Origin: an uncultured Acidobacteriota bacterium
GTDB lineage: Bacteria > Acidobacteriota > Thermoanaerobaculia > UBA5066
Length of the DNA stretch: 64,000 nt
Assembly (NCBI GenBank): GCA_963779415.1
Contig: CAVZYA010000001.1
Span: forward strand, 1,088,001-1,152,000
Direction of reading: 5' to 3'
Part shown: piece after piece, positions 31,069-39,582 of the stretch
Numbering within the stretch: the first letter of the stretch is position 1
Layout: each line of letters begins with the position of its first letter
The notes under the pieces: model-generated
Databases searched by the model: none
Told to the model about the DNA's origin: nothing
The model's input: the letters and a program-made list of their open reading frames with translations, nothing else
Position numbers and translations under genes: made by a program

Positions 31069-32349
31069 TCAGAACGGCCGCCGGCCGCCCGGCCCACTGC
31101 CTCCCTGCACTCCGGCTCGCGCCGTGGCGAGGCCGACGACGATCTCGTCTCCTTCCTTCAGTTCGGACGATTCGGCCGCCGTGTAGTTGCCGTCGGTGAT
31201 CATCGTCTTCAGGCTCACGGCCTTCAGCTTCCCCTTCGTTCCCGGCACCTCCACGTAGACCGTCCCGGAGGAGGAGGAAGCCGTCCGGGTCCCGGCCGAC
31301 GGACCGCCTTTCCCCGCCGCCTTACCCGGCGCCGGGCCGGCCGCCGGAGCCGTCGATGCCGAGGCCCGCGCTCCCCCTTCCGCCTTCGATGCCGGCGCCT
31401 TCGCGCTCTTCTTCGAAGGGTCGACCCAGAGGTCCGCCGAGTCCGGCCTGAAGCGCAACGCGGAGTTCGGGATGCGAAGGACGGCCTGGCGCGTATCGAC
31501 CGGGACGAGGACGTTCGCCGTCATTCCCGGTTTGAGCTTCAGGTCGGGATTCGGGACGTCCAGCATGACGGGGTAGGTCACGACGTTCTGGACCATCTGC
31601 GCGGAGAGGCGGACTTGCGAGACGACGGCCTTGAAGACGGCATCCGGAAAGGCGTCGACGGTGAAGGTCGCGACTTGACCCAGCTGGATCTGGCCGACGT
31701 CCGCCTCGTCGATGTTCGTCAACACCTGCATCTTGGTCAGGTCCTGCGCGATCGTGAAGAGTACCGGCGCCTGGAACGAGGCGGCCACGGTCTGGCCGAT
31801 GTCGTAGGCGCGCGTCACGACGACCCCGTCGATCGGCGACGCGATCTTCGTGTACGACAGATTCGTCTCGGCCTGCCTGAGGGTGGCCGAAGCCTGCTCG
31901 ACGGCGGCGGCGTCCGAGTCCCGGGTCAGCTGCGCCGCGTCCAGGTCGGACTGGGCCTCGAGCTCCTGCTTGAAGAGGTTCTTCGCGCGGGTCAGGGAGA
32001 TCTCGGCGTTCCGGAGCTCCACTTTCGCCTTCTCGAGATTCGCCTTCTGCTGGTCGACCGTCTGCTGGAACGGCGTCGGGTCGAGCTCGGCCAGGAGCTG
32101 CCCCTTCTTGACCTCCGAGTTGAAGTCGACGTAGAGCTTCGCGATGATTCCCGAAACTTGGCTGCCGACGTTCACCGTCGTGACGGCCGAGAGCGTTCCC
32201 GTCGCCGTCACGGTTGCCGTCACCGTACCGAGATCGATCTTCGCCCACCGGTACTTCGCCTCGCCGTTGCTGCCCCGCTTCATGTAGAAGAACCCCAGGG
32301 CCGCGGCGAGGAGAACGAGGAATCCGAGGAGAATGACGACTTTCTTCAT
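31069..32349 (-). CDS. MacA-like periplasmic adaptor (membrane fusion protein)
   Basis: N-terminal TM, VGSQVSG, VKKGQLLA, IASPIDG, LKPGMTA. Confidence 0.92.
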   Translation of the reverse strand: MKKVVILLGFLVLLAAALGFFYMKRGSNGEAKYRWAKIDLGTVTATVTATGTLSAVTTVNVGSQVSGIIAKLYVDFNSEVKKGQLLAELDPTPFQQTVDQQKANLEKAKVELRNAEISLTRAKNLFKQELEAQSDLDAAQLTRDSDAAAVEQASATLRQAETNLSYTKIASPIDGVVVTRAYDIGQTVAASFQAPVLFTIAQDLTKMQVLTNIDEADVGQIQLGQVATFTVDAFPDAVFKAVVSQVRLSAQMVQNVVTYPVMLDVPNPDLKLKPGMTANVLVPVDTRQAVLRIPNSALRFRPDSADLWVDPSKKSAKAPASKAEGGARASASTAPAAGPAPGKAAGKGGPSAGTRTASSSSGTVYVEVPGTKGKLKAVSLKTMITDGNYTAAESSELKEGDEIVVGLATARAGVQGGSGPGGRRPF

Positions 32350-32368
32350 GAACACACCACATTCATTC

Positions 32369-32394
32369 GACGTTCGGGGACGGTTCCGGTTGAC
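32369..32394 (-). promoter_or_regulatory. Possible ECF-sigma promoter for the MacAB-like operon
   Basis: Minus strand GTCAAC-N16-CGTC about 20 nt upstream of the ATG, matching the general AAC-N16/17-CGT ECF pattern. Confidence 0.3.
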
Positions 32395-32418
32395 AGGCGC
32401 GGCCGCGTTCCCTTCATT

Positions 32419-33462
32419 TCAGAACCTCAGGCCGAAGCCGAGCCGGAATCCGTCCCCGGAAACGGGCCCCCGGGACCCGCTGAACCGGCGCGCGACGTAT
32501 TCGATGGTCGCTTCGATCCCCTTTCGCGGCATCCAGACGACGGCGGGCTGAAGAAGCCACTCCCTCGCCTCGGCGCCGAGGTAGGACCACTGGGACCAGA
32601 CGATTCGATAGACAACGGTCGGGAACTCGGCACGGAACTCCACGAGTCCCGCCCGGGCGGAATCATAAGCGAGGTCGAGGATCGACCCGGGAGGCTGCCG
32701 CTCTCCTCCCCGGAGAAGGAACTCGGCCATCAGCGCGAGCGGCCCGGCCGTGAGGGTCATTTCCAGCGAGAGGTCGTTCAGCCGGAACGAGGGGCGTCCG
32801 TCGTCGAAGGCGATCCGGACCGTCTCCCCCGAGAGGCCCGGCTTGAACGTCAGGAGCCCCTTGTAAAAGAGGTACGCGACGCGGGCCGAAGCCCCTTCGA
32901 CGCGGCTGGCGGAGGAATCCGACGCGGCCCCTCTTCCGGTCTCCTCCCAGGAGCCCGCGCGGGGCCCGATCCCGTCCCACCGCGCGGCCCAGAGAAAGCT
33001 GTCGTAGCCGATCCGTTTCTCTCCGGAAATGCTCATCCCCCAGAACGGGCTTCGCGAGATGCCGTTGTCGGAAAAGAGCGTGCCGGAAAAAGTGTCGTCC
33101 GGGAGGCCGAACGCCCGCTCCGTCAACCCGGCGCGCACCTTGCCGACCGGTGTCTCGAGGTATGCGGTCGCCTCCTGGAACCAGACCGGGGTGCCGTAAT
33201 ACGGGCGGAATCCCCCGGGCGTCCCCCGAAGCTCGGCCTTCGCGCCCCAGCTCTCGCGGGAATAGTCGCCTCCCGTCGCGGCGTACCAGAGGTCGGCCTG
33301 CGTCGACTCCCCTTTCTGAAGCGGAATGAAGCCCATGGCGATCCCCTCGATCCAGAAGTTCGGACCCGGCCCGGGCACGGGGGGATCGCCTTCTGCGAGA
33401 AGGGCCGGGGCGGCGGCGAGGAGCGCAAGCGCCGCGAGCCGGCGCAGAGAGGCGGGACTCAA
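32419..33462 (-). CDS. Putative outer-membrane beta-barrel protein
   Basis: TTG start gives signal peptide MSPASLRRLAALALLAAAPALLA. Aromatic/Gly-rich alternating strands; C-terminus FRLGFGLRF resembles a BamA beta-signal. Confidence 0.65.
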   Translation of the reverse strand: MSPASLRRLAALALLAAAPALLAEGDPPVPGPGPNFWIEGIAMGFIPLQKGESTQADLWYAATGGDYSRESWGAKAELRGTPGGFRPYYGTPVWFQEATAYLETPVGKVRAGLTERAFGLPDDTFSGTLFSDNGISRSPFWGMSISGEKRIGYDSFLWAARWDGIGPRAGSWEETGRGAASDSSASRVEGASARVAYLFYKGLLTFKPGLSGETVRIAFDDGRPSFRLNDLSLEMTLTAGPLALMAEFLLRGGERQPPGSILDLAYDSARAGLVEFRAEFPTVVYRIVWSQWSYLGAEAREWLLQPAVVWMPRKGIEATIEYVARRFSGSRGPVSGDGFRLGFGLRF

Positions 33463-33523
33463 GTCGGCCCGTATGATACGAAGTGCCGCCCGGAGGGTTG
33501 CCTCCCGGGCGGCATCACTTCCG

Positions 33524-34791
33524 ATGAAGCTCCAGTTCGACATCCCGTGCGAGACCCGCACGCTCCAAAACGGCCTCAAGGTCGTCGTGGCGCCCCATCC
33601 CGGCGTTCCGATCGTCACGGTCGACGTGACCTACGACGTCGGGAGCCGCGTCGAGCCGGAAGGGAAGACGGGGTTCGCCCACCTTTTCGAGCACTTGATG
33701 TTCGAAGGGTCGGAAAACGTCGGAAAGGGGGAGCACTTCCGGCTCGTAGCCGAGGCCGGCGGGGCGATGAACGGGACGACCTCGGAGGACCGGACGAACT
33801 ACTTCGAGACGCTTCCGGCGGAGTGCCTCGACCTCGCCCTCTTCCTCGAGGCCGACCGGATGCGGGCCCTCGTCCTCTCCGAGGAGAAGCTCGCGAACCA
33901 GCGCGAGGCGGTGAAGGAGGAGAAGCGGCTCCGCGTCGACAACCAGCCGTACGCCCCCTCGTTCGAGGTCGCGGACGCCCTCGCGTACGACGCCTTTCCT
34001 TACCGCCACTCCGTCATCGGCTCGATGGACGATCTCGACCGGGCCACGCTCGACGACGCGCGCGACTTCTACCGCCGGTACTACTCCCCCGGGAACGCGC
34101 TCCTCTGCCTGAGCGGCGACGTGGAGCCGGAGGAGGCCTTCGCCCGCGCCGCGCGCGTCTTCGGCGCCGTCCCGGCGCGCGAGACGCCCCCCCCTTCCAC
34201 GTCGTCGAGCCGCCGCCGCACGGCGAGCGGCGCGCCCGCGTCGACGACCTCCACGCGGCGCTCCCGGCGCTGCAGGTGAACGCCAAGGGACCGGCCCGGC
34301 GCGACGCCGACGCCTACGCGCTCCTCTACGCCGAGAAGATCCTCGGAGGAGGCGAGAGCGCGACGCTCTGGCGGCGCCTCGTCAAGGACGAGGAGCTGGC
34401 CCTCTCGCTCTCGATCCACTTCGACGAGAGGCGCGGCCCTTCGCTCTTCCGCGTCTTCGCCATCGCGCGCGCGGGGGTCTCGCATCGCGTGCTGGAGGAG
34501 GAGATCCGCTCGGCGCTCCACCGGCTCGCGGAAGGCGGGCCGACGGCCGCGGAGATGGAGCGCGCGCGGCGCCTTCTCTTGGCCGACATGGTCCGCTCCA
34601 CGCAGACGACCCAGGCCGTGGCGTTCCTTCTCTCGGAGTACGGTCTCTACGACGGCGCGCCCGGCCTCTGGCGCGAGGACTTCGAGCGGATCCTCGCGCT
34701 CGACGCCGCCGCGGTCCGGGACGCGGCCGCGCGGCTCTTCACCCCCGAGCGGATCTCCACCGTGGAGATCCACCCCGCGGGGGGGCGATGA
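33524..34791 (+). CDS. M16 (pitrilysin) family peptidase, catalytic subunit, frameshifted at the C8 run 34187-34194
   Basis: TLQNGLKV, GFAHLFEHLMFEGS (HXXEH), NGTTSEDRTNYFE. The C-terminal half continues in the frame of ORF 31615..34791. Confidence 0.9.
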
Positions 34792-36143
34792 AACTCCCGC
34801 CTCCCCGCCCCGGCCCGCCGCGCCCGTTCGCGCCGCCCCCCTTCACGGCGGCGACGCTCCGGTCGGGACTTCCCGCGCGCGCGGCGCGCTGGGGGAAGCG
34901 CCCGACGGTCGCCGTCTCGGTCGTCTTTCCCGGCGCGGGGAGCGCGTCGGACCCCCCGGGGCGCGAAGGGACCGCCGAGCTCGCGGCCGACGTCTTCCTC
35001 GGCGGGACACGGACGAAGAGCGCCCGGGAGCTGGCCGTCGCCCTCGACGACCTCGCCGCCGTCCTCGACGTCTCGGCCGGCAGCGACTCCTCGGTGGCGC
35101 GTCTCTACGTTCTCGAGCCGGATCTCGACGCCGGCCTCGCCCTTCTCGCCGAGGTCCTCACGGAATCGACGTTTCCCGAGGAGGAGTTCGCAAAGAGCCG
35201 CCGCCGGACGCTCGACACGCTGATCGAGCAGCGCTCCGAGCCCGACTTCCTCGCGCGCGAGCGTCTGCACGACCGGCTCTACCCGGGCCACCCGTATGGC
35301 CGGCTGACGCCGTCGGAGCGAGGCCTCGCGGCCATCAACCGGGACGACCTCGCCCGTTTTGCCGCCGATCGACTCTCGCTCGCCGGGGCGACGTTTCTCG
35401 CTGCCGGCTCGGCGGACCCGGAGCGCCTCCTCTCGGCCGCCGAGAAGGCCTTCGGCGGCCTCCCGATCCCATCGGCGCTCGCCGCGCCGGGGGTGCCCGA
35501 CGCGCCCGCGATCAAAGACTTCACGATCCACATCGTCCATCGGACCGGCTCGGTCCAGACGAACCTCCTCTTCGCCCGCCCCGCCATACCGCGCCGCCAC
35601 CCCCGCTACCTCGACGCGCTCGTCGCGAACCAGTCGCTCGGCGGGGGCGCCTCGTCGCGGCTCTTCAACGTCCTGCGCGAGGAGAAAGGGCTGACGTACG
35701 GGGCCTACTCGTCGCTTTCTCCCCGCGTCCGCGCCGGACACTTCGGCGCCTCCATCGACTGCCGGACGGAGGTGACGCGCGAGGCGCTGGAAGGGCTTCT
35801 CGGCCTCGTGCGTACCTACGCGGAAGGGGGGCCGACTCCCGAGGAGCACGGGCGCTCTCTTCGCTATCTCTCCGGGACGTTCGTCCTCTCGCGCGAGGCG
35901 CCCGGCGCGATCGTCCAGGACGAGGTGACCCGCCTCCTTCACGGCCTTCCCGGGGACGAATGGGCGACATGGCGCGAGCGGCTCCTCGCCGTGACGCCGG
36001 AATCGGCGGCGCGGGCCGCGCGCGACTACTTCGACCCGTCGATCGGCGTCCTGGCCGCCGTCGGCGACGCCGAGGCGCTCCGCCCCGTCCTCGAGCCGTT
36101 CGGCGACGTCACCCTCTGGGACACGGACGGGCCCCGGGCGTGA
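34788..36143 (+). CDS. M16 family peptidase, non-catalytic partner subunit
   Basis: Lacks HXXEH; has SSRLFNVLREEKGLTYGAYS; ATGA overlap with the catalytic subunit gene. Confidence 0.88.
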   Translation: MKLPPPRPGPPRPFAPPPFTAATLRSGLPARAARWGKRPTVAVSVVFPGAGSASDPPGREGTAELAADVFLGGTRTKSARELAVALDDLAAVLDVSAGSDSSVARLYVLEPDLDAGLALLAEVLTESTFPEEEFAKSRRRTLDTLIEQRSEPDFLARERLHDRLYPGHPYGRLTPSERGLAAINRDDLARFAADRLSLAGATFLAAGSADPERLLSAAEKAFGGLPIPSALAAPGVPDAPAIKDFTIHIVHRTGSVQTNLLFARPAIPRRHPRYLDALVANQSLGGGASSRLFNVLREEKGLTYGAYSSLSPRVRAGHFGASIDCRTEVTREALEGLLGLVRTYAEGGPTPEEHGRSLRYLSGTFVLSREAPGAIVQDEVTRLLHGLPGDEWATWRERLLAVTPESAARAARDYFDPSIGVLAAVGDAEALRPVLEPFGDVTLWDTDGPRA

Positions 36144-36150
36144 GCCATCC

Positions 36151-37035
36151 CTATCTCTCGGAGGGGACCGACGGAATCTCCGCCGAGTCGGCGTGGTCTG
36201 TCCGCATGGCCCGCGCCTCGAGCGTCCTCCGCAGCCGGGTCCGGAACGTCAGGACCTCGAGCTGACGCAGCCGCTCGGCTTCGCCAGACCGCCTCCGCTG
36301 CTGCTCCCGGGCAACGGCGAGTAGGAGCGCGCTCCGGACGTACTCCCTCCGCTCGTCCGAGCGGCCGAAGCGCCTCTCGAGAAGTCGGCGCCACGGCAGC
36401 TCCAGAGCGGATGCGTCGTCCGCCGGAAGGAATCCGAGTCGGACCTCTTCGTCGAGCTCGCGCCGGACCCGGGCACGCTCGAGGAGAAGGGCCGGAGCCC
36501 ACGCCAGAAGAGCCACGCCGAGGCTCGCGGCAAGTAGCGCCCCCGCGGCCGCCCGCGGCGACGGCCTCGCGAGCGCGGATCCGGCCGCCGCGAGGAGGGG
36601 CGGCGCGACGAGGGCCCAGGCCGCGAGCGCGATCTTCCGTTCTCCCGACTCCGCCGACGCCCGGACCATCTCGGCCGAAAAGAGGGAGACGGCGGCGAGG
36701 ACGCCGGCACCCGCCGCTCCGGCGACGAGCGCCCCCTCGCCGCGGAGGCTCACGGAAGCGACGGCTCCCGCGGGAAGGCCGAAGGCGAAGGCCGAAAGGA
36801 CCCCTTCCTCCGTGATGGGGAGCCATCGAGTCCAGGCGGCTGCGAGCGCGAGAACCAGAACTGCGAGAACGGCGGCGCCGGCTTCGGCCGGATCGGGAAA
36901 GGCGGACGGACCCCGCCCGAACGCGGCAAATCCCGCGAGGAGCCCGGCCGGCGCGAGCGCCAGAGGCCCCCTCATCCGGCCGATCCCGGCGGCGGCGGCC
37001 GCCGCGAGGAGGCGCAGCGCGATCTCGACCGTCAC
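36151..37035 (-). CDS. Polytopic membrane protein; C-terminus resembles the tail of PrsW-family proteins
   Basis: Several Ala/Leu-rich TM segments, then ERARVRRELDEEVRLGFLP. No PrsW catalytic EE motif seen. Overlaps the ribF stop. Confidence 0.55.
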   Translation of the reverse strand: MTVEIALRLLAAAAAAGIGRMRGPLALAPAGLLAGFAAFGRGPSAFPDPAEAGAAVLAVLVLALAAAWTRWLPITEEGVLSAFAFGLPAGAVASVSLRGEGALVAGAAGAGVLAAVSLFSAEMVRASAESGERKIALAAWALVAPPLLAAAGSALARPSPRAAAGALLAASLGVALLAWAPALLLERARVRRELDEEVRLGFLPADDASALELPWRRLLERRFGRSDERREYVRSALLLAVAREQQRRRSGEAERLRQLEVLTFRTRLRRTLEARAMRTDHADSAEIPSVPSER

Positions 37036-37976
37036 GACACCGGGCTCTGCGCGAAATAGAGCCGCGTCGTCTCCACGTCGCGCCGGATCTGCGCCGTCAG
37101 CTCCAGCATCGAGGGGAAGACACGCTCCTCGCGGAGCCTCTGGAGGAAGGCGAGGCGGATCCGCTCGCCGTAGACGTCGGACGAGAAGTCGAGGACGTAC
37201 GACTCGATCGTCGTGGCGTAGTCCTCGTAAACGGTCGGGCGCCGCCCGATGTTCGTGACGCAGCCGAACGTCCGCTGGAACGACGGAATGTACAGAGTCG
37301 TCACGTAGACGCCGTCGACGGGAAAAAGCTCGTTCTCCGGCTTGAGGTTGATCGTCGGAAAGCCGATCTTCCGTCCCATCCGGTCCCCTTTCGCGACGAA
37401 ACCGTCCATCGCATAGGGGCGTCCGAGAAGTCGTGCGGCGAGCGCGACGTCCCCCGACTCGACGGCGCGCCGGATCCGGGTCGAGGAGACCCGCTCCGAC
37501 CCTTCGGCGACGTCCGCGATCTCCGAGACCGTCGTCCCCGCCTCCGCGCCGACGCGCGCGAGGCGGTCGAGGTTCCCCTGCTTGTCGCGCCCGAAGGCGA
37601 AGCGCTCCCCGACGTGCACCTCGCGGGCCGCGAGACGCTTCACGAGAAGCTCCCGGACGAAGACCTCCGCCGGGGTGAGGGAGAAGTCCCGCGTGAACGG
37701 GACGATCAGGAGGGCGTCGATTCCGCAGGCTTCGATCGCCTCCTCCCGCTGCCGGAGCGTCTGGATCATCTTCGGCGCCTCTTCGGGCCGCAGCACCTTG
37801 AGAGGGTGCGGATCGAAGGTGACGACGATGGAGGGGACGCCGAGATCGTGTGCCCGCGCGGCGACGTCCCGGAGGAGCTTCTGGTGCCCGAGGTGGACGC
37901 CGTCGAAGTTGCCGACGGTGACGATCCCCCGTTTTGGAAGGTCGGCACTCCGAAACGGATCTCGAATCACGATCAC
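37032..37976 (-). CDS. ribF: Bifunctional riboflavin kinase/FAD synthetase
   Basis: GNFDGVHLGHQ, TFDPHP, SSTRIR, GFPTIN, NIGRRPT. Confidence 0.95.
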   Translation of the reverse strand: MIVIRDPFRSADLPKRGIVTVGNFDGVHLGHQKLLRDVAARAHDLGVPSIVVTFDPHPLKVLRPEEAPKMIQTLRQREEAIEACGIDALLIVPFTRDFSLTPAEVFVRELLVKRLAAREVHVGERFAFGRDKQGNLDRLARVGAEAGTTVSEIADVAEGSERVSSTRIRRAVESGDVALAARLLGRPYAMDGFVAKGDRMGRKIGFPTINLKPENELFPVDGVYVTTLYIPSFQRTFGCVTNIGRRPTVYEDYATTIESYVLDFSSDVYGERIRLAFLQRLREERVFPSMLELTAQIRRDVETTRLYFAQSPVS

Positions 37977-37999
37977 GAAGTCACCATCCTACAGGCGCC

Positions 38000-38036
38000 G
38001 GGGGGTCCGGGGGGCCCGCGACGCCAGGCCCCCCGG
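38000..38036 (-). repeat. REP-like hairpin repeat, copy B
   Basis: Plus strand GGGGGGT-CCGGGGGGCC-N10-GGCCCCCCGG; reverse orientation relative to copies A and C. Confidence 0.7.
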
Positions 38037-38083
38037 CGAGCGATCGCGGATGACGTTCAAGGCGAGTAACGGATCCTAAGCCA

Positions 38084-39448
38084 CTAAACCACGATGCGCG
38101 CGACGACGTCGTACGGGTGGGCCTCGGTCACCTCGACCCGGACGATCTCGCCGGCGCGCGGCGCCCAGTCGTCCGGGACCTCGTTGACGAGGACGCGGCC
38201 GTCGATCTCGGGAGCCTGGGAGGCGAGGCGCCCTTCGAGGAGGAGATCCGTCTCGGCGCAGGGCCCCTCGAGAAGGGCGTCGAAGGTCCTGCCGCGCTTC
38301 GCGCGGTTCTTCGAAAGGGAGATCTTCTGCTGGGTCTCCATGAGAGCGGCGCGCCGCGACGATTTTTCTTCGAATGAAACAGGATCGCCGAGCGCCTCGG
38401 CTCCCGACCCCGGTTCCAGCGAATACGTGAAGACGCCCGCGTTGTCGAAGCGCACGGCCTCGAGGAACTCTTTCACTTCCAAGAAATCTCTCTCCTCTTC
38501 CCCCGGAAACCCGACGATGAACGTCGAGCGCAGCGAAATATCCGGAACGACCGCGCGGATTTCCTCGAATTGCCGGCGGAAGCTCGCTTCGTCCCCGCCT
38601 CTCTTCATCGCCGCGAGAATCTTCCTCGAGACGTGCTGGAGCGGCATGTCGACGTATGGGACGAAGCGCGGCTCCTTCGCCATCAGCTCGAAGACCGACC
38701 GGTCGAGCGTCCTCGGATAGGCATAGAGGAAGCGGATCCAGGGGAAGGACGTCCCGTCGAGGAGCGCCGTCACGAGCCGGGCGAGGCCCGTCCGCCCGAG
38801 GCCCAGATCCTCGCCGTAGCGCGTCGTGTCCTGCGAGATGAGGACCAGCTCCCGGACGCCCTGCGCCTCGAGGGAGCGCGCCTCCGCCACGAGGGACGGG
38901 ATCGTCCGCGAGCGCTGGAGGCCTCGCATCTGGGGGATCGTGCAGAAGGTGCACGGGTTGTTGCACCCCTCGGCGACCTTGAGATAGGCGTACCCCTTCC
39001 GGTGGGTCAGGACCCGGGGCGCGAGGTCGTCGTAGAGGCGCGTCGCGAGCGGCTTCTCGGTGAAGCGTGGAAGAGACGGCAGGCCGAGCGCCGCCGCCGG
39101 CGCCTTCTCCAGCTCGTCCAGCCCGATGAAGTGGTCCACCTCGGGGATCTCCGCGGCCAGCTCGCGGCCGTATTTCTGGACCATGCAGCCCGCCACGACG
39201 ACCCGGTCGATCTCCCCCTCTTCCCTCCTCCGCACCTCGCGGAGGATCGCGTTTACCGACTCTTCCTTCGCGCTTTCGATGAATCCGCAGGTGTTCACGA
39301 TGACGACGCGCGCCTTCTCGGGGTCCGAGAGCGCGAATCCGTCCTTCTGGAGGTGCCCCAGCATCACCTCGGTGTCGACGAGGTTCTTCGGGCAGCCGAG
39401 GGAGACAATCCCGACGGACGGAAGGGACGGGAGGGGAGGCTTCTTCAT
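38084..39448 (-). CDS. rimO: Ribosomal protein S12 methylthiotransferase
   Basis: SLGCPKNLVD, VNTCGFIE, radical SAM CNNPCTFC, TRAM domain APEIDG. Confidence 0.95.
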   Translation of the reverse strand: MKKPPLPSLPSVGIVSLGCPKNLVDTEVMLGHLQKDGFALSDPEKARVVIVNTCGFIESAKEESVNAILREVRRREEGEIDRVVVAGCMVQKYGRELAAEIPEVDHFIGLDELEKAPAAALGLPSLPRFTEKPLATRLYDDLAPRVLTHRKGYAYLKVAEGCNNPCTFCTIPQMRGLQRSRTIPSLVAEARSLEAQGVRELVLISQDTTRYGEDLGLGRTGLARLVTALLDGTSFPWIRFLYAYPRTLDRSVFELMAKEPRFVPYVDMPLQHVSRKILAAMKRGGDEASFRRQFEEIRAVVPDISLRSTFIVGFPGEEERDFLEVKEFLEAVRFDNAGVFTYSLEPGSGAEALGDPVSFEEKSSRRAALMETQQKISLSKNRAKRGRTFDALLEGPCAETDLLLEGRLASQAPEIDGRVLVNEVPDDWAPRAGEIVRVEVTEAHPYDVVARIVV

Positions 39449-39582
39449 AGATAGATATGGAGAGGCTGCGGCGACGCGCGCACGAGGTGCCTGCGCTGCG
39501 ACGGAAACGATTCTATATCGGAAGCTCCCGCTGGCGTGGGGTTGCGCGCCGCGTCAAGAGTACCGCCTCCGCCTGTAGAATC

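Noticed and set aside
31615-34791. 1058-aa ORF as a single protein
   Set aside because: Only the last ~200 codons are real (the frameshifted M16 C-terminus); the rest is antisense to other genes or out of frame.
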